Assembly (NCBI RefSeq): GCF_963921235.1
Contig: NC_086108.1
Location: forward strand, 84,570,001 to 84,634,000
Source: Mobula hypostoma
Taxonomy: Eukaryota
Direction: 5' to 3'
DNA: 64,000 bases
Shown here: in pieces, positions 1-12,149 of the stretch
How the letters are laid out: each line of letters starts with the position of its first letter
How positions within the stretch are numbered: the stretch's first letter is position 1
Position numbers and translations under genes: made by a program
The notes under the pieces: generated by a model
The model's database searches: none
What the model saw: only the letters and a program-made list of their open reading frames with translations
Told to the model about the DNA's origin: nothing

Positions 1-1520
1 CTGTGAACTTCCTTTGCACTGCCTCAAAATCTTCCACATCCTACCTGAAAAGAACTGCACACAGTACTCCAATGATGACCTTATCTTTGATACAGCTGCA
101 CAAGGCTTCCTGAATTTTATATTCAAAATCTTGACCAATGACAAGTATGCCATACACTTTAACACCTTATATACCCGTGTTGCCACTTTTAGTGAGCTAC
201 GAACTTGCGTCCCAAGATTCATCTACACATCAATGCTTCTTAGCGCCCTATTGTATATTCTCCTCTTGTATTTGACCTTCCAAAGAGCAATAATGCATAC
301 TTCTCCAGATTAAACTCCTGCCATTTTCTCTGCCCACAATTCCAATTGGTCTGTATCCTGCTGAATCTTAAAAACTTTCCTCTGTATCCAAAATTCATTC
401 GTTTTTGCATGGTCTACAAATTTACTATCAGCCCATCTATAGTTTTATCTAAATCATACATTAAAAAAAATCAGAAATAACAGACACTGATCCTTGCAGA
501 AAATCACCATTCAGTACCTCCAGTCAGAATAACATCCATCCACACTATCCTCTCTTCCATGGTCAAGCCAATTTTGAATCCATGGATCCCCTGTGCCTTA
601 ATTTTCTGGATTAGCCTACCACTAGAGATCTTGTCAAATGCTTTACTCAAGTTCATATACACAATATCCACTGCCCTACCCTCAATCATCTTTGTCACTT
701 GCTCAAAAAAGCTTACAATTAAATTTGTAAAACATGCCTTTCCCCACATAAAGCCATGTTGACTATCCCCAGCAAGTCTATGATTTTCCATACGCAAGTA
801 AATCCAATAATTTCTCTACCACTGATTCAGGGTTTGTTGATCTACAACTTCCTATTTGTCTTCATTACCCTTCTTAAACAAACGAACATTGGCTATTCTC
901 CAAACCTCGGGAAACTCACCTCTGGAAGAGGATATAAAAACCTCCGTTAAGGATTCAGCAATCTCTCATCTTTCCTCTCTCAATAACCTGGGCTAGATTC
1001 CATCAAGCCCTGGGAACATCCACCTCAATGTTCAAGAGCTCCAAAGCCACTCCCTTCTTGATAACAACAAGCTCTAGGATTTCAGCATACTCTCCCTGAT
1101 CTCACTATCCTCCACCTCCATCTCTGAATAGCAATGTGAAGTACTCCTTTTGTACCTTGCCCACTTCCACTGACAGAAAGGATACATTTGCCAGCCTTTA
1201 AACAGCTTCCACATGTCACATCTGGATTTACACAATAACATTTGCTCCCAATGAACTCTACCCAGCAACTTTCTAATACTGTTGTTATTACCGCTTCCCA
1301 ATTGGTGCATTCTTTCCCAAAGCAGCAGTCTTATCCTTATCCCTAACTTTTATGTTTTCAACAATTAGGATCACTTCTCCCACTCTCCCAGTGAAACACT
1401 AATTAGTTAGGCAGGCACAGTACTAATTGTAAGGTCTAACATGGCCTGCATCCCCTCTGCCACGAAGAGAGATGCAGTCAACATTGGGGAGTTTGAAGTC
1501 ACTCACTACAACCACCCTGT
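1..1520 (-). mobile_element. Old, fragmented CR1 LINE
   Basis: ORF 504..797 has the CR1 RT motifs SQHGF, AVDIVYMNLSKAFDK. ORF 1074..1310 resembles the CR1 ORF2 linker. Confidence 0.8.
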
Positions 1521-1629
1521 TTCAAATGCTGCGACAGATCTTTAACTCCGCTGAAGAAAATATGCAGAGACCTCCTGTACAGTTCCAAACTGGGCAAATT
1601 AGTTTCTAAATTACACCAGGGTCAAAAAG

Positions 1630-2690
1630 AGATACAGCATAGAAACAGGTTCATTGATCCAATAATTTTGCACTCACCACCACACACTAACACTAATCCT
1701 ATATTAATCCCAGACTTCTCTGAGGACTGTCACCTTGCTGTGGCGGAGAGGCTTGAGAGTTCCTGAAATCCTAAGAGCACTTTCGCTCCTGGTAGGCTCA
1801 CCCTTGGTGGTAAGGTCAAAGCAGAGGGTGCAGAGAAAGAACGATACAACCAAGACCTCAACAGTGGAGCTGGCAGAAGGAGATAGCACATTACAACAGC
1901 AGTGAAGGCAGAGGAATGCTGTAGCAGTGAAGGGTCCCCAGTCATCTTGCAAGCCATGGAACTGGAGCCTGACCCAAATCTGTCAAGGATTGTGTGCTGG
2001 CTGCCTATAGGTCAGCCTCCCCATATGAAACAAAGTCTCACGCCAGTGTTCTTCACTAAGGGAATCAGCACCAGAACATGTGGATGTCAGATATGCCTCT
2101 ACAGCCACCTGAACACCCACCCTTTATGAGAACATGATATTTGACTCGAGTGATTGACTACTACTGGTGGTTGTTCGCTGTATCTGAAGATGACAGGAAA
2201 GCTATGGGGGAGAATTTTAACGTGGAACAGCCGTTGCACTGGCACAATTCCATTCTCTCCACTTTGGAAGTCTGAGTCCAATGATTCAAGTAACTGTCAC
2301 AACTGGGGCCTTCTTTGATTGCAGTGGATGTCCATGACTTCTTCTGTGCCTGGTCATGCCCTTCGATCTCCATGAAGTGTTGTAGAACTGCCTTCCTGAC
2401 CGTTGGATCTCGCTGTAGATCTCAATCGCCCAATCTGCCAGAGCTGACTTTACATACCCCTATCTCACCAGGGCATAAGGTCCACTGGCTACCCTCCCTA
2501 GTATTACACTAATCCTATTTTTTTTTTGACTCTCCACATATTTCCATCAACCCTCCCTTGAATCTACCGCTCACTTGTACACCAGCTAATAACCTACAAG
2601 GTTGCATGTCTTTGGAATGTGGGAGGGGAAATCAGTTTCCAGAGAAAACCCAGGAAGGAGAATGCGTAAGCCCTGCACAGAAAGGACCTG
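1630..2690 (-). mobile_element. tRNA-derived SINE (V-SINE-like) split by an insertion of about 800 bp
   Basis: Core GCATGTCTTTGGAATGTGGGAGG...GAGAAAACCCA is shared with the other SINEs in the window. ACACTAATCCTAT occurs on both sides of the insert, at 1690-1702 and 2506-2518. Confidence 0.6.
1712..2125 (+). mobile_element. Non-coding dispersed repeat of about 400 bp with an RTE/BovB-like 5' head, copy 1
   Basis: Colinear with 23724-24118 (CACCTTG..TGG.GGAGA.GCTTG, CAACCAAGACCTCA, GTGGAGCTGG). The RTE-head similarity is from memory. Confidence 0.55.
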
Positions 2691-3869
2691 GTGTAGTCAA
2701 CAAGGTGTCATTCTAGATACAGCAACTTTGAAAGGCTAAACTCTTCACTTTAGATCTTATACCAGAGCAAAATGCAATTAATATCTTGCTCTGAAATGTC
2801 TTACCAACCTTTCAAAAGAGATGTTAAACCCACTTTAAATTAATGGGCTAAATTTTGTTAAGATACAAGAGGTAAGAATACAAGGTAAGTAAATAAATAT
2901 CAACATCACTAATTTCAAGAATTCCACAAACTCAGACAGAAATGTTATTGCCATGCTTAACAATGCAAATCAAGCCCACCCACTTGACTCCTCCAAATTA
3001 TGTCCCACAACAAATTGATTTCATCCATCTTGAAAATGTCAATGAGTGGCAAAGTTCAGGCTTGATACAAAAAAAACTAAGCAAAACGGTTTCTTGATAT
3101 TCAAAGCAGAAAAATAAAAAACAATAAAATAATAAGATAGAATAACTATGTGTAATAAAACAGTGAAATGCCAACAGTCAAAATCAAGCTAAAATAAAAC
3201 AGCATCATTGGGAAGACAGGCAGAGTTGATACTTCACTTCAAAAATCTTTTGTTAGACTGATTTTGATTTTCACATACAGTAGAATCAAAAGATCTTCAA
3301 GAAAAAAAAGTGCAAAATTCAGCTGGAAGAACCAATTCCAAAATTCTCAACTTGCACATATCTTTCTTTTTGCTGATTATTTACAGATCTTACCCACGTA
3401 TACAGCGACTATATAAACCATACAATGATCACTTCTGCTATGTCAGATAGATAGCCTGTAGAGAATTGGTTGAAAGATTAAAGCACACAAATAACAAACA
3501 AAACACAACTTCTGGTTACAAACAATGACTGCATAAGTTTAATCATGAATTTGAAGTTCACGAAGCATATCTGATCTTTTATCTCATTTTGCTGATGTTC
3601 TGATAAGCTTTTCAGCAGTTGACTGCTTTTCAGTGCTGTAAAGCTCATGGAAAGGAAACCAGTATTTTGAAATTCCTCAGACTAGCAGGAACAGCTGCTT
3701 AATGGTTGATTTGCAGTTGCTAATTCAGCTCTGCCCACAACCTCCAAACCATCATCTCCATTTATCTTCCATTCAACACTGAATCTTAGACTCACTTCCC
3801 CAATTCTTCTACGACTCATATGCAGATAATCTTCGCCAACACTCCCATGCAGTACTGGAGGAGTGATGC

Positions 3870-6005
3870 ATCAGAGGTACCAGGAGACACAAGTGAAGTA
3901 AAGGGAATTACAGAAGCACGAGGTAGGATTTGGCCAGAATTGATTAGAAAAGAACACTGGCAGAGATGATGGCAGAGGAGCAATTGCTGGAATTTCTGGA
4001 AGCAATTTGGAAGGCATAGCATACATACATCTGAAAGAGGAAGAAGTATTCCAAAGGCAAGATTACACAACCATGGCTAACAAGAGAAGTCAAAGCCAAC
4101 ATAAAAGTGCAAGAGAGGGTAAATAATAGAGCAACAAATAGTGGTAAGTTAGAGGATTGGGAAGCTTTTAAGTACCAACAGAAGGCAACTGAAAAAGTGA
4201 TAAAGAAGGAAAGATGGAATATGAAAATAAGCTAGCCAATAACATTAAAGAGAATACCAACAATTTCTTCAGATTCATAAAGTGTAAAAGAGAGGTGAGA
4301 ATGGTTATTGAACCACTGGAAAACTATGCTGCCAAGGTAGTAATTGGGGACAAAGAAATGGCAGATGAACTGAGTGCATATTTTGTATCAGTCTTCACTG
4401 TGGAAGACAGTAGTAGTATGATGGAAATTCCAGGTGTCAAGCATCATGAAGTGAATGAAGTTACCATTACTACGGAGAAGTTTCTTGAGAATCTGAAAGG
4501 TCAGAAGGTAGATAGGTCAACTGGACCAAATGGTGTACACCCTAGGGTTCTGAAAGCGGTGGCTGAAGAAATCGTGGAGCCATCAGTTATGATCTTTCAA
4601 GAATCACTTGATTCTGGAATGGTTCCAGAAGACTAGAAAATTACAAATGTCACTCTCTTTCTTCAAGAAGAAAGAGAGGCAGAAGAAAGGAAATTATAGG
4701 TCAGTTAGTCTGACCACAGTGTTTGGTAAGATGTTGGAGTCGATTGTTAAGGATGTGGTTTCCGGGTACTTGGAGACACTATAAAATAGGCCCTAGTCAG
4801 CATGGTTTCCTCAAGAGAAAATCTTGCCTGACAAATATTTTGGAATTCTTTGAAGAAATAACAAGCAGGATAGACAAAGAAGTATCAGTTGATGTGTATT
4901 TGGATTTTCAGAAGGCTTTTGACAAGGTGACATATGTGAGACTGCTTAACAAGCTATAAGCCCAAGGTATTACAGGAAAGATTCTAGCATGGATAAAACA
5001 GTGGCTGATTGGCAGGAGGAAAAGAATGGGAATAAAAGGAGCTTTTTCTGGTTGGCTGCCAGTGACTAATGGTGTACCACAGGGGTCCGTATTGGGACCA
5101 ATTCTTTTTACGTTATGTGTCAATGATGTGATTGATGGACTTGATAGCTTTGTTGCAAAGTTTGCAGATAATATGAAGATAGATGGAGGGGCAAGTAGTT
5201 TGGAGGAAGTACAGAAGCTACAGAAGGAGGGAGCCAGATTAGGAGAATGAGCAAATAAGTGGTAGGATGGAATACAGTGTCTGGAAGTGTATGAGCATGC
5301 ACTTTGGTAGAAAAAATGGAAAAGTTGACTATTTTCTAAATGGAGAGAAAATACAAAAAACTGAGGTGCAAAGGGACTGGGAGTTCTTGCGCAGGACTCC
5401 CTAAAGGTTAGCTTGGAGGTTCAGTCTGTGGTGAGGAAAGCAAATGCGATGTTAGCATTCATTTCAAGAGCACTAGACTATAAAAGCAAGGATGTAATGT
5501 TGAAACTTGATAAAGCACTGGTGAGGCCTCACTTGGGAGTATTATGAGCAGTTTAGGGCCCCTTATCTTAGAAAAGATGTACTGTAACTAGAGAGAGTTC
5601 AAAGGGGGGTTCAAGAAAGTGATTCATTGACCTAGTTGAAACCTATCGAATGGTGAAAGGTTTTGATGGAGTGGATGTGGAGAAGGTGTTTCCTGTGGTG
5701 GAAGAGTCTAAGACCATAGGTCATAGCCTCAGAATAGAGGGGCATCCTTTTAGAATGGAGATGAGGAGAAATTGCTTTAGCCAGAATCTGTGGAATTTGT
5801 TGCCTCAGGCAGCTATGGAGCTCACGTCTTTATATATATTTAAGGCAGAGGTTGATAGATTTGTGATTGGTCAGGGTATGAAAGGATACAGAGAGAAGGC
5901 AGGAGATTGGGGCTAAGAGGGAAAATGGGTCGGCCATGATGAGAAGGCGGAGCAAGCTCGATGGGCCAAATGGCCTAATTCTGCTCTGATATCTCATGGT
6001 CTTAA
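3870..6005 (+). mobile_element. CR1 LINE, 5'-truncated and decayed
   Basis: ORFs 4214-5916 contain [37 protein letters not shown] and GHSLRIEG. A CR1-type 3' UTR ends at about 6005. Confidence 0.93.
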
Positions 6006-6671
6006 TGTGGTGTATAATCTGAGATACTGATTGCCCTCAAAGATGGGCAACGATCCTGCAGTAATATGTTGAAAGCTGGCTGGCCTCAGTAAACATCACT
6101 AAATTGGAGGGTTTCAACATTATCATATTGTTGCTTATGAAGTGAATTGTATGCAAACTAACTTTAAGTTCCTTCATTATCCCAATTACTACACTTTAAA
6201 ACAGTTTCATTAGAAAGTCTTAAAGAGTAGAAAGGTGCAATGCTAACTCAGGGCTTTCTTGAATCTATCCCCAAACAACCCCCCCCCCATTTCTAAATTG
6301 CTCTTAGAAATACACATTTCTGCTGATCATGAAGTGAAAGCTCAAAAGTAATTTGAAGGTCATCAGGAGGATAAGCACAGCGATATGCACGTTTCTTTAT
6401 CAAATAATCCAGAACACTGTAGCTGAATGTAATAAGAATGACTGAATTCTAAGAACACGTATGCAGGAGAACTAAAACACAAACAACTGCAGAAAGTTTT
6501 TTTGATGTTTCTTGAACTTGGACTCAAAATGCTGGCTTTTTCATCTGATCACCCCAAAGTAAGCAGAAATATCTCTTCAGTGAAGCATCTCAATGATGAA
6601 CGATAGAAAGGTATCCTATCCACACAGAATGAGATCATTCAAAAGGAGAAGTAATAAATTACTTCTATGAT

Positions 6672-9480
6672 TTCACTTCCTTCTTGGTGTGAGGTTGAGG
6701 ACCGTTGTGGATGGCTTCCACTCTGTCCAGCTGTGCTTGAACACCTCCATGTCCCAGCTGGTAGCCAAGGGATCTGGTTTCCCTTTTGGCCTACTCACAT
6801 TTTTGTAGATTGATGGTGAGCTCGGCAGCATTAACGTTCCCCAGGACCCTGCGTAGATGGTCCGGACGCTCTGACCACATCTGGCTGTCGATAACCGCGT
6901 AATTAGATAGGCCGCAGTGCAATCCTCGCTTCCTTGTAACACCTGGTCCATCTGCTGCTGGAAGGTTAGTGGTGCACCATGAAGACCAAAGGATATCACT
7001 GTGAACTGAAAGCAATCCAGGGTTGAGCGGAAGGCAGTGAGGGGTTGCAATTGGTCATCCAGGGGAAGATGCCAGCCGCCTTTATTAAGGTCCAGTGTAG
7101 TAATGTAGTTTTCCCATCCAATCCTTTCTAGTTGGATATCAATGCAGGGCATAGGATAAGCATCAAAAAAAAAGAAATGACATTCAACTTACAGAAATCA
7201 ATGCATACCCTCAGGGTACCATCGTTCTTGGGGACGATAATAATAGGACTGCTCCACTCACTATTTGAAGGCTCGATGACTTCCAGCTCCAGCATGGTCC
7301 AAATTTCACCCCTCAGGACCCCCACCCCCCACCCCACTGTCACTCTGGCATTTTGTAGCAGTGTTGGTATACTAAACCCTGGTCAGGTCTGATCCTGATG
7401 GAATGTTCTAGGACCTTTGTCAGCCCTGGTCTCTGCTGGTAGTCAGCCATCGAGATGGAAGAGATCAACCTTCCCAGACTCCTTAATAATGTGACGCGCT
7501 GGGGGGGGGGGGTGTGGTCGACAGCCCACCCCTGCATTTCTAATGACCAGCACTGTTTATGGTTCTTGTGTTAAAATGCTTTCGTAGGATTATGGTGGGA
7601 AGTTTCAGTTCATTTATTGTTACATTTTGGCTTGGGTTATACCGTTATTTGCTTGTTGATTTGTGGGTCACCCTAACTGCAACCAGGGTGTGTGATGGTC
7701 ACCTCCCCCATCAAAATGAAACTGAGCCGTTCTCTCTCTGGGTTATGGGCCTGGTCTGTTTTGGTGTGTATCACAATAAAAAACGTTGTTGAGTTAAAGA
7801 GCTTCCTCATCTGTCATTATGTACCAAATGCTCACCACAATATCATCCATGAATACTTCATTTGTAAAAATTTCAACAGAGGCAGCAGAACCAGTATATT
7901 TCCCACTGTGGCGTTGATGGTGTGACTTTCCAGACCTTTTGGTTCCTCCCTCACACAGACTGGCATCCAAGTCAGGCACAGACTGTAACCTGGCCATTGC
8001 TTTGGTTTTAGCACAAGACATACCAAAATAAGAAAAAGCACCATATACTCCTGGATTAACAAAGGGATATGACAGGATATTTCCCTTCGTCAGTAACTCA
8101 TGTTACACAGGCACTCCCACCTTCATCAAATATTTGTGGCCATCCAGTTCAACAGGGAGTTCTGCCAGTGGCTCAGACTTCCAGTCATCAGGGACACACA
8201 GCACAGGCATTTGGTGACTGTAATCAACACCGAAGGTAGGGACATGGCTTTTCTTAATAAATTACAGTGAGCTACCAGAATCTAAAAGAGCCTTAACAAG
8301 TTTCCATTAACTATGACTATTATAGGCTCATTCTCCTCACCTTCTGCTTGCTTTCCATTACCATCCTCACAATCATTACAATCATCACATTCTCTTGACA
8401 CATAGCACATATCTGACAATTTGGGCTTCTTAAGAGGACACACAAAGGACTTATGACTTGGCTGCAAAGAATGGGAGCAAACAAAAGTAGAAGCAACTAC
8501 CAAAGATTTTTTGCCCTCTTCTCTCCCACTTCCCAATTCCACAGGCATTAAGAGTCTCTTGCTTTGGAATTATGGCTGTGTTAGCACCCCCTTGCAGACA
8601 TCGAGGTACTGCAGGGCAAGTTTGGCCGCAGCGTGTCCATCCATTGGTTCATGCTTTCAGACGCATGTTCTGGGATCGGGAGGAAGAACCTGCAGCAACT
8701 GCTCCAAAACAATGGGCTCACCAATCTCCTCCTTGGACTTCTGCTCTGGTCAAATCCATCACCGGTACAGACCCTTCAGACAATGATACATCTCAGTGGG
8801 CAACTCCACTGGTGGTAGAATACTGAAACAGGGGCCCTGATAATAGGATTGTGCTGATATCAACTCTAGTCGGCAGTGACTCCTTCAAATCAGGATAGTT
8901 GGTGGACCTCTCTTCATCCATTGCAGTGTAGGCTTTAAGAGCTTCACCTGCCACTAGTAGTACTAACTGGCAGGCCCACTCCTCCTCTGGCCATTGCCAT
9001 ATCTGGGCCATCCTCTCAAACCTGAGGAGACAGCTCACAATATCTTTACCTTGTTGATAAGATTACATCTTAGGACATTTCTGCAGGCTTTGGTATTCCT
9101 TCCTAAAAACATCCTCTCTCCTCTGCTGGGCAAACAAAGTCTCAGATTAGATTTTCCAGAAAGAGTTCGTAGAATTTGGTTCTGGGCTCAAATTCTTCCT
9201 CCTCTGAGGTCTCCACTGTTTCCCAGGCATCTGCTTAATTTTACACCTCAGGATGTTTCTTAACTTGGGACCTCAACCCTACTTTTCTCCTTGTTAAATG
9301 ACCCTCTTTGCGACTGGCCCTCCCAATCCTGCTGCCATATGTTACGTGCGTGGGTGATGATGAAGAAAAATGACTGGAGTGATTAGCACTTTCATGCAAG
9401 GGTGTTTAGTAGGTGCATCAAAATCAAACTTACAAAAAACATTAGCAAAAATAGCAGAAACTATCAATATTTACAAAAAG
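6672..9480 (-). mobile_element. Decayed Gypsy/Gmr1-like LTR retrotransposon (LTR remnant, PBS, SCAN-type gag, protease, RT fragment)
   Basis: RT motifs SEWSSPIIIVPKNDGTLRVCIDF, TLDLNKG and FGLHGAP at 6673-7343. Protease ALLDSGSSL at about 8267-8293. SCAN-like gag at about 8600-8806. PBS TGGCAGCAGG starts at 9337, two nt after an LTR end ...GTAACA at 9340. Confidence 0.88.
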
Positions 9481-9559
9481 ATATCTACCAGAAAATATAA
9501 TTATAACTACATATAGCTTCAGATAAGAGGATCCTTCACTCAAAGTCTGGATAGGGTGA

Positions 9560-9835
9560 TATTCAGAATCAGGTTTATTATCACTGACGTATGTCCTGAA
9601 ATTTGTTGTTTTTGTGCAATGCAATAAAATAATAAGTAACAATAAAACTAAACAGTGTAAAGAGGAAGAGTAAGGTAGTGTTCATGGACTGTTCAGAAAT
9701 CTTGCGGCGGAGGGTGCAAATCTGTTATTAAAGCATCGAGTGTTTGTCTTCAGGCTCTTGTACTTACCCTTGATTGTAGTAATGAGAAAAGGCTATGTCC
9801 AGGATGGCGAGGGTCCTTAATGATAGATGATGCCC
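9560..9835 (-). mobile_element. Rex1/Babar-type LINE 3' end fragment
   Basis: Minus-strand tail ...GATAATAAACCTGATTCTGAAT. The body resembles the 3' ends at 12446-12900 and 25000-25430. Confidence 0.7.
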
Positions 9836-11139
9836 CTATGTAAATTGGAGTCAGAAAGAAAGACGGAGTATGCTTTTTCAGTGCTCAGATATTTGAGCAA
9901 TCATGAAATGGGAGAAGGCTACTTCAGCACTTTCCTTCATATTCTCTAGAGGAGATACTTTTAAGAAAACATTTGAATCAATACTCAATCAATCTGTACA
10001 ATATTATTCTCACCCAGTATCTCATGAATTCTGTCTGTTCCTTCCAGTAATGCTTCTAGGGCTCCAGTTGCACTGGTTTGCAGAAAATAGAAGTGCACTT
10101 TTATTTGCAATATTTCAAGGACATGTAATGGTATTTTGGAGAGATTGTTCATAGTGGGGTGCAGGGTAATGGAAACAGGGATGCTTTGCTGGCAATCTCC
10201 TCAGATCACATGGAATCGATCCAAGTACTAGTATAAATGTGGCTTGAAAAAATGATCACCATTGTTGAATATAATCTCTGGATCTATCAGAGTATATATT
10301 TCAACACTATGTTTAACACTTTAAATGTAGCAACTTGCCTTACTTGGATACACTGGCCCAGTTTCAAAGTATTTCAATGACACTTAAGAGTTCATCCACA
10401 ATGGAATTATAATTTTATTCCGAAACTATCTCAGATAAGTAAATTCAGTGATAGTGGTCACAAATATCAATCTCATGCAAAGTTAACTAAATTAACATGG
10501 AAAAAAATGTTCAGCCCTTTGAATATTTTGTGCAGCCCATAAAACTATGCATATTTATCCTTGAGAAACCGTCCACCGACTATCAACATGCGCCACTTAT
10601 TCAACACAGCAGTGTCAGGCATATAAATAATGCCGTTCAAACTGCAAAGGATTTCAAGGACAGTGATATCTGCAGCCACTGTGATGTCTTACTTTCTTGG
10701 CCTTGGCTTAGTATAGTTTAGTATATAGTAGAGCAATACAGATGCTGGAAATTTGAAATTAAAAATACAGAAAATACTGTCTGACCTGCTGTTTCCAAAA
10801 TCTTAAATTTCTATTTCATATACTGTTGATCACTTTGCACAGCCTGCAAGGCTGGGAAACGTTTAACGGCCATTTTTCTTAGCCATGAAATTGATGCAAG
10901 GAATAGAACAGAAGGTTAGGCATAAAATTATTATGTTGTACGTTATATTTGTATGAACGTCAGCATCCTCGATTAGGGAATTAAGAAATGAAAATCACCA
11001 AGTTCAAAATTAAATCTCTATTGAAATTACACGTTAACCCTTTAAGTACTTCACTTACTTCCTGTGGTTTCACCGTTTAATCTCTGCCACACTTAAAGAC
11101 AACTTAAAGCCAGGACCCACACGTTCCAAATATTGACCG

Positions 11140-11600
11140 TCTACAGACAACAGTGCGCAACCAGCGCGCAAGTTCACAGGAACTTTTTCGGTATAGTTAT
11201 GACGGTAGACAGTCGGCTTGTGCGCAAGTGTATTTTCTCAGGACTCAGATTTTCGTAGAAAAAAATAAAAGGAATGTCATCAGTCCCCCGTTCCTTATAT
11301 CTGGGTTATGCGACTGGCTCAAGATTTAGCACAACTCCATTAATCAGCCCTAACGTGATCCGAGCTCCTTCGATCATTGGTTCTCTTTTCACCCGTGTGT
11401 GGAAAACAAGGACAAAAGGACAAAGTATTTCAAGTACTCACATCTGCCTCACATTCCATGACCCCAGTATGAAGCTCTTCAAAGACACTGCGGACAAATT
11501 CTAGATAAAGCGGCGCCGAAACCATCTCCGTGCTGCTCCCTCATATTATCTCGGGTTGTGGGAGGCGCATGCGCACTAGTGCTCCTGCTGCCAGCTCCTT
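11140..11600 (-). promoter_or_regulatory. Putative promoter and non-coding first exon of a minus-strand gene (possibly ST3GAL3 by synteny)
   Basis: Local CpG enrichment in non-repeat DNA. NRF1 consensus GCGCATGCGCA at 11565-11575. Minus-strand donor GAT|GTGAGT with the exon ending at 11442. No coding exon of this gene is visible in the window. Confidence 0.6.
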
Positions 11601-12149
11601 CCAAGTCCTTCTGTCCCAGCAAATAAGTCGTCGTTTTCCTCTACTGCGAGTTCCAATCCTTAAAAAAAAAATCAGCCAGCAGCCAGGTTACGAAGCTTCT
11701 CTTAATCATGCATGAACAGCCCGCCTTCAGCCAACCTCTTCTGCAGTCAGAGCATCAGAGTGCAGACACAAAGAACACTAGAGCGCCTAAACCAGGCAAG
11801 GCGAGGGAAGAGAAAGTGCTCTGTTGCTGTAATCAAGCCAGTCAACAGCCAGAAGTGACTGAACACACATAAACTTCACCAGTGTTGCTGTCCTCCTCCT
11901 CGTCTGCTCCCACAATAAGAATACAAATGGCAATTCATAAAATTTGCAGTTCACTGTAGTTATTTTCTTGCCACAATCCACACGTTTTTGTGGTGAATCT
12001 TCCCTCTCAACTCAATTATCTCTTCCTGCTAAAATGCCACTTACCCCTCCACTGGAACAAGATTTTTAAAAATGAAAATAAAGAGACAAAATTACAGTAT
12101 TCAGAACAGGATCTTGGTAGTTCTTTGAGTATCTTAACAGCTTAAAAAA

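Noticed and set aside
1..11440. Coding exons of the downstream gene (ST3GAL3)
   Set aside because: I found no sialyltransferase-like peptide or convincing coding exon, so no gene symbol is assigned.
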